From Albugo candida (lineage: Eukaryota), in NCBI GenBank assembly GCA_040437565.1, contig JBDOQK010000015.1:434001-498000 (forward strand): a stretch of DNA of 64,000 nt, written 5' to 3'. Position numbers and translations under genes: made by a program. Shown here piece after piece: positions 50,099 through 60,599 of this stretch (the stretch's first letter is position 1; each line of letters begins with the position of its first letter). Below the pieces are notes generated by a model, which was given only the letters and a program-made list of their open reading frames with translations, ran no database searches and was not told the DNA's origin.

Positions 50099-50244
50099 GC
50101 CAAAATTCGCCATGTTTATATCGCCGACCCAAATAGACTGGTTGTGCATCACGGGCTGAATTCTATCGAAAATATGACGTCAGACTGAGTAATGTACCAG
50201 CTTTTCACGAAGTCCTCACTTCCATTAATCTCTTGGTCACACTC

Positions 50245-51492
50245 ATGCGCGGGTCTGGATTCGGACTTCTTAGCATGCTATTGTATGCAGTGTCTGCAAA
50301 AGCTGGATTTCTCAATCTGCGACCTGATGCAAATATTGTTCTCTTTATCTCTGCTTCTCGTTATGACGCTCTAGCACTATCGTTGCTTCTCTCACAATTC
50401 GAGAGCGATGTTGCCTTTATCGGGCTGTGTGGTGGGATACCACACCACGATAAGGTTGCGCTTCCAGACTTGCAGTTCATTCATGGGATGACAAGGAGTC
50501 GAATTCCCATCTTTGAGCTCATCGGAGAAAAGGCATCAGATGGTCAAAGTGCTCTTACTTCGGTGGAGAGAGAAGAGTTGGTGGAAGTATTGAGAAGTGG
50601 CGGGCTGAAGAAGACCGTAATGGTCTTCTCTTATGTTCACATCCTGAAGGAATTTTTTGACGATCAAAATACACATCATTACATTGAAAGGATCTATATC
50701 CCAAATATTGAAAATTATCAAAAACTGGTAAATATATATCAGAGCTTGGAATTAATATCATTTGCGTCATCACTTGAACAAAAATGCGTCCAAACTTTAT
50801 CTCACGGAGCAGATTTCCCGAATCCACAGAGCTCTGCCCTGGAAAAGCATGCGTTAACCCCTAGTATTATGTTGAAACAAGAGGACATCGACTTCGAGAA
50901 TGATTACATCAATGCAGCTTGCTCGTTTCCTGTATTTGTTGTTATGAGTTACGGACTGAATTTGGGTTTGCTCCAAAAATTGGGATCAGACTTGATGAGC
51001 ACCAACATATTTGAATTTGATGCGGAGAAGCCTCGCAATCAATTAGTGACGCTTTATACCGAGATGCAGGTGAGCAACCATATTCTTGTGTTGGACGAAT
51101 GGATTTCGCACAGCATTAAAGACATACCACCGAGGGGTGTACCACCCGACCAGGTGCATAATCTGATTTTTATGGCTCAGGGTGATCGAGCTTTGAGACA
51201 GGTGGTCGAAACATTTCCAGTCTTTACCGTGCCTTTAAGCCTCGAACACGCAACAACAGATGATCCTTCTTCAGCCATAAATTTGTTCGACCTTTCGTCG
51301 TCATTATCGCTGATGATGGATGACGTACTGAGACTTTACGAGACGTGTGATGCGATTATCAATCCACGTGTGGCGAAGCATGGTCCAGGTTATCTCTTGC
51401 TTGATGCTAAACTGAATGCGTATGCTTCGAAAATCGATGCGATTGAAAAAGGTTTGGCAAATATGAGGAAGCGAAAGTACGATGACATATGA
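50245..51492 (+). CDS. Secreted protein (415 aa), candidate effector; possible degenerate nucleoside-hydrolase fold; C-terminal NLS-like motif
   Basis: Intronless ORF. Signal-peptide-like start MRGSGFGLLSMLLYAVSAKA and basic end MRKRKYDDI. The partial second copy at 51960-52641 is a gap-flank duplicate. Confidence 0.75.
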   Translation: MRGSGFGLLSMLLYAVSAKAGFLNLRPDANIVLFISASRYDALALSLLLSQFESDVAFIGLCGGIPHHDKVALPDLQFIHGMTRSRIPIFELIGEKASDGQSALTSVEREELVEVLRSGGLKKTVMVFSYVHILKEFFDDQNTHHYIERIYIPNIENYQKLVNIYQSLELISFASSLEQKCVQTLSHGADFPNPQSSALEKHALTPSIMLKQEDIDFENDYINAACSFPVFVVMSYGLNLGLLQKLGSDLMSTNIFEFDAEKPRNQLVTLYTEMQVSNHILVLDEWISHSIKDIPPRGVPPDQVHNLIFMAQGDRALRQVVETFPVFTVPLSLEHATTDDPSSAINLFDLSSSLSLMMDDVLRLYETCDAIINPRVAKHGPGYLLLDAKLNAYASKIDAIEKGLANMRKRKYDDI

Positions 51493-54075
51493 ATTTCACT
51501 CACGAAGGAGCGAATTCGGAGTAAATTTTTTGGAAAGTGGATATGAGTGATAAAATAACACTTTCGAATGTATTTTGCACGGAATAAGAATAAATGTCAA
51601 GAAGAACGCTTCTATGCAAATTTTTGGCCTCGTCGTGATGGATCAATACGCGAAGCTTCGGTGTCGTCATTTTAAGAAGCCTGATTCACCTCACTATGCC
51701 TACGCAGTATACCAATGAAATAAGCGGTATGAATCACAATCCTGCTTTACAATAGGGGGATGGCCTTGCACATTTGATGTGCAATATAAGGCAATGGTGT
51801 GCTAGAGCCCAAAATTTCGGCACCTGGAGAAGAATATAACTCCGGTGATCGCCTGTTGCNNNNNNNNNNNNNNNNNNNNNNNNNNNNNNNNNNNNNNNNN
51901 NNNNNNNNNNNNNNNNNNNNNNNNNNNNNNNNNNNNNNNNNNNNNNNNNNNNNNNNNNNAGATTTCCCGAATCCACAGAGCTCTGCCCTGGAAAAGCATG
52001 CGTTAACCCCTAGTATTATGTTGAAACAAGAGGACATCGACTTCGAGAATGATTACATCAATGCAGCTTGCTCGTTTCCTGTATTTGTTGTTATGAGTTA
52101 CGGACTGAATTTGGGTTTGCTCCAAAAATTGGGATCAGACTTGATGAGCACCAACATATTTGAATTTGATGCGGAGAAGCCTCGCAATCAATTAGTGACG
52201 CTTTATACCGAGATGCAGGTGAGCAACCATATTCTTGTGTTGGACGAATGGATTTCGCACAGCATTAAAGACATACCACCGAGGGGTGTACCACCCGACC
52301 AGGTGCATAATCTGATTTTTATGGCTCAGGGTGATCGAGCTTTGAGACAGGTGGTCGAAACATTTCCAGTCTTTACCGTGCCTTTAAGCCTCGAACACGC
52401 AACAACAGATGATCCTTCTTCAGCCATAAATTTGTTCGACCTTTCGTCGTCATTATCGCTGATGATGGATGACGTACTGAGACTTTACGAGACGTGTGAT
52501 GCGATTATCAATCCACGTGTGGCGAAGCATGGTCCAGGTTATCTCTTGCTTGATGCTAAACTGAATGCGTATGCTTCGAAAATCGATGCGATTGAAAAAG
52601 GTTTGGCAAATATGAGGAAGCGAAAGTACGATGACATATGAATTTCACTCACGAAGGAGCGAATTCGGAGTAAATTTTTTGGAAAGTGGATATGAGTGAT
52701 AAAATAACACTTTCGAATGTATTTTGCACGGAATAAGAATAAATGTCAAGAAGAACGCTTCTATGCAAATTTTTGGCCTCGTCGTGATGGATCAATACGC
52801 GAAGCTTCGGTGTCGTCATTTTAAGAAGCCTGATTCACCTCACTATGCCTACGCAGTATACCAATGAAATAAGCGGTATGAATCACAATCCTGCTTTACA
52901 ATAGGGGGATGGCCTTGCACATTTGATGTGCAATATAAGGCAATGGTGTGCTAGAGCCCAAAATTTCGGCACCTGGAGAAGAATATAACTCCGGTGATCG
53001 CCTGTTGCATTATTGAACGAACAAAGGACATACATCGCCAAGCTATAATTGGTTCTCAGTGATGCTTGATGTGTGTCGCGCTGCTTGAAACGAGATGGTA
53101 ACACAGTATGATTTCATATCATTAAAAAAAATGGGCAAACGGGTTGCTTAAAACTGATGACAGCTACAATAATGCAACTGCCTATAGAGTACAAATGCTT
53201 ACATGATCACTGTTTGAACTTCACCGTAATATGAAATGAGTGTTAATAAAGTTGAAGTTGAAGCATGTAAAGGAACCATACATTATAATGCTAGGGATGT
53301 CGCCATACTGTAGAACTTTATCAGGATAGGAGGCACGAGTCTTGAAATATAAAATTTTGATATCGTAGAATGAAAAAATGGCACCGTCTCGCTTCGTGCT
53401 ATCTTTTGAATAGCCCAAAAACGCAACAAATGACGACATACACTAGTCCAGAAAATACGGTGACCTGGAGTCTGCTAGGTGCATTTGACTAAACTCAGTT
53501 ACCTCTCGCTTCATGACATTAGTATATATGCCAATTCATTTGCGAATGACATTTTGGTCTTTATGACCACACAGTCGCCAATGAAGTTGATGGGACGCTG
53601 TAGAATGCACAAATATTCGTAAATTTGGAATTCTTATCAATGTANNNNNNNNNNNNNNNNNNNNNNNNNNNNNNNNNNNNNNNNNNNNNNNNNNNNNNNN
53701 NNNNNNNNNNNNNNNNNNNNNNNNNNNNNNNNNNNNNNNNNNNNTAAACTCAGTTACCTCTCGCTTCATGACATTAGTATATATGCCAATTCATTTGCGA
53801 ATGACATTTTGGTCTTTATGACCACACAGTCGCCAATGAAGTTGATGGGACGCTGTAGAATGCACAAATATTCGTAAATTTGGAATTCTTATCAATGTAA
53901 CTTTGATCTCAAAGACTGGATGAATGCAAGACTTTGCTTGCTAAATGATACACGTCCAGTAGTTTCTGTCATTTTCGATCAAATCGTTGGAAGTGAAATA
54001 TTTTCTTTCCACCCAATTATTATCAGCTTAGAGCTGACTCCTACAAACTGGTGGCGCTAGCAAAGACTGTGTAGG

Positions 54076-57000
54076 TCACTTGTGCTTTTTATTAGCTTTC
54101 TGAGTATTCACCTTCTTCGTTTTTTTATTCGGTTCTGGCGTAGACAACAGACCCCCCGAAGCCACTACTCGAACTTGCCCAATCATACAGCCTAAATATT
54201 CGTGCTCTGGAATAGACTTTAGTAACTCACGCTCGATTTGCAATACACTTTTGTTGGGATCATCTGCGTTACCAGCTGATGAAGAGAGTGCCTGTTCTGA
54301 CGCTCCTAGTGGACTTTCCCCTTCTTCTTTCTTCAGATTCAAATTGAAAAAATGCGCAATGATTTGCCTAGCAGCTTTGCCTAGTTTTTGGGCCCCTGGT
54401 ACCAATTTGACGCGGTAAGTATACTTTTGGAGGGCGCTGTAGGGTGCACACATTGGAATCGCGGCGATCAATCGATCAGTGGGCTTTGGCGAACCAGTGA
54501 ATACGACGGAAAAATCGAGCGCATCCACCAGCATTTCTTCATCTTTCAAATACTGCTCCCGTTGTTGGTGAACTTTCTGCTTAACCATTTCAAGACCATG
54601 AGTTTTGACAGCAGCCGGCTCATCCGAGGCTACAGTGTTTAGTGTTATTGGCTCGTCCTTCACAGTTTTCTTATGTCCCAGTGCTTCCATGCGCAACAAT
54701 CGATCTTCTTCGTCCTGATCTGCATATTTCTGTTTGATTTTCTTGAGTTTTCCTTTCTTTCCTCTGACACATTTAGGTCTCACTTGACTTGACTCATCAA
54801 TTCGAGCATGCGAATTAGATTTACCGGACCGTGTTTGCAGTTCCTTTTGGTCTCTTGCGGAATCGGTAACGCATGCTTCATTTATCTTTGTACCAGCTGC
54901 AGTATTCTGACTATCATCGTGCATCGAGAGCTCACCGAACTGCGGCTGGCAAACCTCCAAATCATCTGATGATTTATGTTTTGCTCTGACATCGCCAGAA
55001 ATCGCAGCCATATCCTCGTCTTTTTGGTCTATCGTGTCGACGCTAACGCCTATGTTAGCCAATTCTTCATGTGCTTCACTCGGATTACTATGGGGAGAGC
55101 TTTCGTGGTCAAGTACCTCAATTCTTCCTTGATACAGGTTTTCTGTTCCTGTCTCGTCTTTCACGTCACCTCCTTCAGTATGATATAAAATAGCAAGACC
55201 CATTTCCAGTCGAAGCGCTTGAATAAAATTCTTTTTACCAAGGATCATGAATACCCCTGGTGCTAGAACTTCACTCGATGCACTAGTTTTCGAGACACAC
55301 TCAGCTTTCACCCAATATGCACCGGTGATGACTTGATTTTTCCATGCGTTACTCCGACAGACGCACATACATGCTGCTTGCTCCAAAGTTGTGATTGGTA
55401 TCGGTGATAAAGTCTGATCGGAAGGTGGTGCGAGTCGTGTTCGAACAATGCAAGGGAATGCGCCCTGTAGATCTGAATGCACATAAACATCATTTTTTCG
55501 CATGTAACGTTTGATCAAAAGCTCGCTTTGTTGTGCATCTTTGCCACTGATAATCAGCATATGCTCACTCGAGAGAAACCAGTGGAACTTTTCAAACCAA
55601 AACGATTTCCGGCGTTGATGGATTGGTGTTGGCTTGATCAATTGTTTCTTGATGAATTTATCCGTCTTTAATGCAGCCAATTTGATAGCCTTCTCAGTGG
55701 CTACCTCAGCCTTTTTAGCCTTCTCTGCAGATGTCTTTTTCCGTGTATAAAGCTCAGCTGCATTTCTTAAGGCGGAAAGCGATAGATCGAGCCAGATTGC
55801 ATGCATGTCTGGTTCCGCATCTTCAAAACCTGATTCGTCGTCACTCAATAAGACTGAAACACGGTTCCTGCTCAGGTCAAATTCATGAATCATACTCGCT
55901 ACCGGATTCCCGTTCGTTTGCTCGTACTTTACCAAATCTTTCAAAGCCTTCCAATCCATCCCGCTTGCCAAGGCACTTCGAATGACACTCAATACTTTTT
56001 CAATGTCCAACTGATTGAGTTCTATCAGTTGTGCATGCTTCAAATTAAGCTCTTCACTATGGTGCAACTCATCCAGTTGTTGACTTTGACTTTTTTTCAT
56101 TTTCTCGAGCTTCGATGTTGCGGCTTGCTGGGCTACTTGTGATCCAGTTTGCGTTTTGCGAGTTTCGTAATGTGAGAAGTATTCATCGACGGTCTGATCA
56201 AAAGTATCAAAAGATATGTATGATTTTTCTCGATGCTGAGCATATAATACTGGTGTGAAGCCTTCGTAAGTCTCGACTTTGATTCCTGGTTGGGGATCGC
56301 CTAAAATGATATAGCCACCTTTTTCTTTCTTCGCTCCCTCAGAAAAGACTTTTGCACTTTGCTCGTCTTTCATGTAATGCTCCTGATTATTCTCCAACGT
56401 CTGAAGCATTTTATAACCTTTATCTAATTCTTCGGCAAGCTTCTCCAACTTCTCTTCAAGAGCTACTACATCTTCGTATGACTTCATTTTGGAATTTGGG
56501 ATGCCAGCTGATACAATACAGTGCTCAACAATGGCTCGCCCGAGACCCCCAAAGCCCACTTTTTTAGTCATCAGAAGCTGCTCAAGCGTATGAATTTTCT
56601 TCTTCCCTCCACGTTGAGTACTAAGTGTAGTGTCATCATCATTTTCGCCACTAAACCAATTTGACAATTTCTGTCTCAGCATCTGCCCACTTACTTCGCT
56701 TTCCAGTGAGCATTTGCTCAAGATCTGTATTGGATAGACTTGTCGCACTGCTACCTTCACATTCTCATCGATTCGGTGAGTTCTTAGCAGCGACAGAATA
56801 TTATACTGATTATCCGTCAGTATAATATTACCAGATGCGTATAGCTCCAAGATCAAATGACATTGCGATTGATCTGAGCCAAATGTAAAATCAATCACGC
56901 GATCACCTTGAAGCTGCTCGAGCTGCACCAAACGTTTCCCACGAATATGCTTTCTCAGTTTCATTGTGAATTGATTGGGTAATGTGGAAGAAGAAGAAAC

Positions 57001-57243
57001 ATTTCTTGCATAGTTACTACTGTGGAAACGGACGCCAGACTCAATCAGTAGATAGACTTTTGGAAAAGGAGGCTGATGTAATTTGAAAATGTACGTTCGT
57101 TGATTGTTTTTATTATCGATCCCCTCTGCTTCGACTTCATTTTGCAAATTATAAATATTAGTGACTCGCATATTCAGTATATTTTTCCGCACACTGCCCA
57201 TCATAGCGTAGATATCATCGATTAACATTCGAGTTTTCGGCAT
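54076..57243 (-). CDS. NEMF: Ribosome quality control factor NEMF/Rqc2
   Basis: Motifs MPKTRMLIDDI, LLIESGVRFH, FTMKLRKHIRGKRL, LILELYASGNIILTD, FWFEKFHWFLSSE, SGKDAQQSE, KYADQDEEDR and IPMCAPYSAL..Y.VKLVPG. Confidence 0.97.
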   Translation of the reverse strand: MPKTRMLIDDIYAMMGSVRKNILNMRVTNIYNLQNEVEAEGIDNKNNQRTYIFKLHQPPFPKVYLLIESGVRFHSSNYARNVSSSSTLPNQFTMKLRKHIRGKRLVQLEQLQGDRVIDFTFGSDQSQCHLILELYASGNIILTDNQYNILSLLRTHRIDENVKVAVRQVYPIQILSKCSLESEVSGQMLRQKLSNWFSGENDDDTTLSTQRGGKKKIHTLEQLLMTKKVGFGGLGRAIVEHCIVSAGIPNSKMKSYEDVVALEEKLEKLAEELDKGYKMLQTLENNQEHYMKDEQSAKVFSEGAKKEKGGYIILGDPQPGIKVETYEGFTPVLYAQHREKSYISFDTFDQTVDEYFSHYETRKTQTGSQVAQQAATSKLEKMKKSQSQQLDELHHSEELNLKHAQLIELNQLDIEKVLSVIRSALASGMDWKALKDLVKYEQTNGNPVASMIHEFDLSRNRVSVLLSDDESGFEDAEPDMHAIWLDLSLSALRNAAELYTRKKTSAEKAKKAEVATEKAIKLAALKTDKFIKKQLIKPTPIHQRRKSFWFEKFHWFLSSEHMLIISGKDAQQSELLIKRYMRKNDVYVHSDLQGAFPCIVRTRLAPPSDQTLSPIPITTLEQAACMCVCRSNAWKNQVITGAYWVKAECVSKTSASSEVLAPGVFMILGKKNFIQALRLEMGLAILYHTEGGDVKDETGTENLYQGRIEVLDHESSPHSNPSEAHEELANIGVSVDTIDQKDEDMAAISGDVRAKHKSSDDLEVCQPQFGELSMHDDSQNTAAGTKINEACVTDSARDQKELQTRSGKSNSHARIDESSQVRPKCVRGKKGKLKKIKQKYADQDEEDRLLRMEALGHKKTVKDEPITLNTVASDEPAAVKTHGLEMVKQKVHQQREQYLKDEEMLVDALDFSVVFTGSPKPTDRLIAAIPMCAPYSALQKYTYRVKLVPGAQKLGKAARQIIAHFFNLNLKKEEGESPLGASEQALSSSAGNADDPNKSVLQIERELLKSIPEHEYLGCMIGQVRVVASGGLLSTPEPNKKTKKVNTQKANKKHK

Positions 57244-57339
57244 GACTGGAAGCGCAGAAATCCTGTCACTACTTTGATAACGCTCTAACTGAAGTTAAAT
57301 ACCAAGGAGTTCTGAAACACGCCCCACGAGCCGAGTTTG

Positions 57340-60131
57340 ATGTATTCGAAGGATTGTCGGCTACTTTGTAATGTAAAAAGACTTCCAATCTCGCTGATCA
57401 AGGGAATAAAATCAACAACATTTCCATTTATTTATCTGTGGCTACGATTTTGGATATTTGCAACTGGATTCGAACATCAAGAGCGACTCTGGAAACAGCT
57501 TTTGCTGGCACTTAAGTATCGGAAATATCAGACCAGCCTTGCGCACAAGTATTCGAGACCATGGCTCAAGGTGTATTCTGCGGATCTCAGGATATTGTTT
57601 CTTTTTTTCGAGTCGGCATTCAGGCTGATCAAATCGCTGTTGGTTCCTCATCTCTTTATGAGGTATCTATGGGCCACAAGTGTTTTGCATGTTGTGTACG
57701 AGATTTCGTCCATAATGAAAAGTATTTTAAAGAAGAACTTCTTGAGAATCACATCAAACGGAAGAGTGACAATACAATTGAGCAGACAAATTGAAATTGC
57801 TGAAACATTTACAGAACGCCAAGCCATTGCTTTTCGATTGGATAAGCTGCAAGGAAAAGATCAATGGCGGCAAAATCCAAAATCGAATTTATATCTTTAC
57901 GACCGTGTACTGAAGAAAACAAGAATGTACAAGGTTCGTAGAGCTGATAGCAATTGTTCCTACAAATTAGAGAAAGTTGCAAACTTATAATGCCTTAGGA
58001 GTTGATGTCCGAAAAAGACATNNNNNNNNNNNNNNNNNNNNNNNNNNNNNNNNNNNNNNNNNNNNNNNNNNNNNNNNNNNNNNNNNNNNNNNNNNNNNNN
58101 NNNNNNNNNNNNNNNNNNNNNATGAGGTATCTATGGGCCACAAGTGTTTTGCATGTTGTGTACGAGATTTCGTCCATAATGAAAAGTATTTTAAAGAAGA
58201 ACTTCTTGAGAATCACATCAAACGGAAGAGTGACAATACAATTGAGCAGACAAATTGAAATTGCTGAAACATTTACAGAACGCCAAGCCATTGCTTTTCG
58301 ATTGGATAAGCTGCAAGGAAAAGATCAATGGCGGCAAAATCCAAAATCGAATTTATATCTTTACGACCGTGTACTGAAGAAAACAAGAATGTACAAGGTT
58401 CGTAGAGCTGATAGCAATTGTTCCTACAAATTAGAGAAAGTTGCAAACTTATAATGCCTTAGGAGTTGATGTCCGAAAAAGACATTGTAGGTATCATGTT
58501 TGCGCTACGGGCGGGTTTACTGAGAAAACATTGGGGACTCGGGCACCCGCAGCTTTACGCAGTTAGTCAAGGTGAGTAGACTTTACTTTTTACAGATAAC
58601 TGATACTGACGAATGGCCTGGATGCATATTGCTAGTCGGTACGAAGCACGTGATTGAGGAATACCTCGATACTATCGTACGATCAATGAACATGGTGCTA
58701 CGAGCGACTGGGACGACTGAAGATAGTCGAGAAGAGTTATCAATCGATAATAAGCTCGCATTTTTTAGTGAGACACGACATGCATTTGGAAGATCAGCAT
58801 TACTTTTATCTGGAGGAGGAGCACTTGGAATGTATCACAGCGGTGTGCTTAAGGCACTAGTCGAACAAAACATGCTTCCTACTGTGATTGCCGGATCCTC
58901 GGCAGGCTCCATATGCGCTGGTATTATTGGTGTACGAACTGACGAGGAAGTATTGGAATTTTTCTCCAGTGATCGTTTACATCTGAATTTTCTAAGCGCA
59001 AATATAATGCCTGAAGACATCAAAAATTTCATTCCATCCTTACTACCACCGATGCGAAAAATATTACCTACTTCATATTATAAAAATCTCGAATGGATAG
59101 CTATAGTGCTAGCTCGTTTTGTTAAAAAGCGCTTCGTACTAGACTCCAACGTTCTCAAAGATGCCTTGCGCACGAATATCGGTGATTACACATTCCGTGA
59201 AGCATACGACAAGACTGGTCGCATCATCAACATCACAGTTACTCAGTCAAAAGCAAGCGACTACCCTCACTTGTTGAATTATTTGACCGCTCCAAACGCA
59301 CTCATTTGGTCAGCATGTCTAGCATCTTGCGCCATTCCAATTATATTTCCTCCAGTTGAATTGCTGGCAAAGGATAAGACCGGCGCCATTGTTCCTTACT
59401 TTCGCGAGGGACTCAAATGGAGCGACGGAAGTATTGAGTGCGATCTCCCAATGGAACGTCTATCAGAATTGTTTAACGTGAATCATTTCATTGTGAGTCA
59501 AGTCAATCTCCATCATAAGTTGTTAACTGCTTATGGATCACTTGGAAGAGGCCAATCTGGAAGTTTACTTGGTTTTTTGAAGCAACAAATGAAATCACAT
59601 ATCAAGCACCTGGCGGAGTTCGGACTAAATACAACAGTTTTGAAGTTTCTAGATATTGGAGTCATTCCGTTACTGACACAAAAATATGAAGGTGATATAA
59701 CAATTTGTCCCACTGAGAAAATTTCGGTGCTACATTTAGCACGAAATTCTTTACGAAATCCGACAGAGAAACAATTTCACAATGAAATAATGAAAGCTGG
59801 AGAACGTGCTTGTTGGCCTTGCATTTCTCGGATTCGTACGATGTGCCGGATCGAATTTGCATTAGAGAGAGCTGTGCGCTACCTCAAGGGTGAACAAGCG
59901 TTGGAAGATGAAAAACGGAATGGGAAGAGAATTGGACGAGTGCCGTCATTCTATACGTCACCAAGTTCAATTAATCTTCTGAGTTTGGATCAAAGACCTT
60001 CTTCTCCCAAACGGTCTATCCAAGGCGGCGATCATACTATTTATAATGAGAGACTTCTTTCTCAGCCCACACTTCGACGAAATCGTTCAATGAACGTCGC
60101 AGGAGCAGTAATGACAAGAGAAGACGATTGA
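57340..60131 (+). CDS. Patatin-domain triacylglycerol lipase (SDP1/TGL4-like, with DUF3336 N-terminal region)
   Basis: Motifs FGRSALLLSGGGALG, IAGSSAGS (GxSxG), WSDGS and LFNVNHFIVSQVN. Upstream exons LDKLQGKDQWR and FALRAGLLRKHWGLGHPQLY splice to VGTKHVIEEY (intron 58572-58635). Start uncertain. 57658-58021 is duplicated at 58122-58485. Confidence 0.92.
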
Positions 60132-60599
60132 TTGTGTCCGAATTGGGCTCCCGTAAGTGTCTTGTGTGAGACATCCTCACGGACTCATGCCGAAAGACGG
60201 CTTTTGATCTTCTTTCTCAAAGTACGATAGACTTAAAATCACTTACCCATTTTCACGTCTACTTGTTGCGTCATAGCAATTGCTTATACATAGTCATGCC
60301 GACTCATCAGTCAAATGTGAGTGCACTCGCATGTGCTGAGACTTCTTTCTTGCGTATTGGAGCTTCGGTAGAGCAAACTCACGATACTTTACTTTTTCTA
60401 TCCAGAACGTCACATAGCGTGGCGTGCCTGAATCAGCCCTGGATCGATAGCGTACGACTGAGAATGGCCACAAATTGATTGCTCCCGATACCAAGAATAT
60501 TCGAAAGTACTCGACGCTGTACGTGTCATCTACTATGAGTCACATCAACGGATCGCTCGAGAAGATCTCTTTTTCGTTGCAACGATCCGTTGGGAGCTC

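Larger units (their letters stand above)
1474..58121. other. Ten fixed 100-N scaffold gaps, each flanked by directly repeated sequence
   Basis: Gaps at 1474-1573, 6541-6640, 10853-10952, 20608-20707, 27651-27750, 39324-39423, 42332-42431, 51860-51959, 53645-53744 and 58022-58121. Flank duplications run from about 0.1 to 1.05 kb. Confidence 0.97.

Noticed and set aside
48720-50200. Short ORFs and possible RNA genes or transposon remnants in the long intergenic region
   Set aside because: No tRNA cloverleaf, terminal repeats or protein motifs could be recognised by eye; an Rfam or repeat search is needed to exclude them.
51799-52641. Second tandem copy of the secreted-protein gene
   Set aside because: It starts exactly at a 100-N gap and looks identical to 50811-51859, including non-coding DNA, matching the overlap pattern at every other gap.
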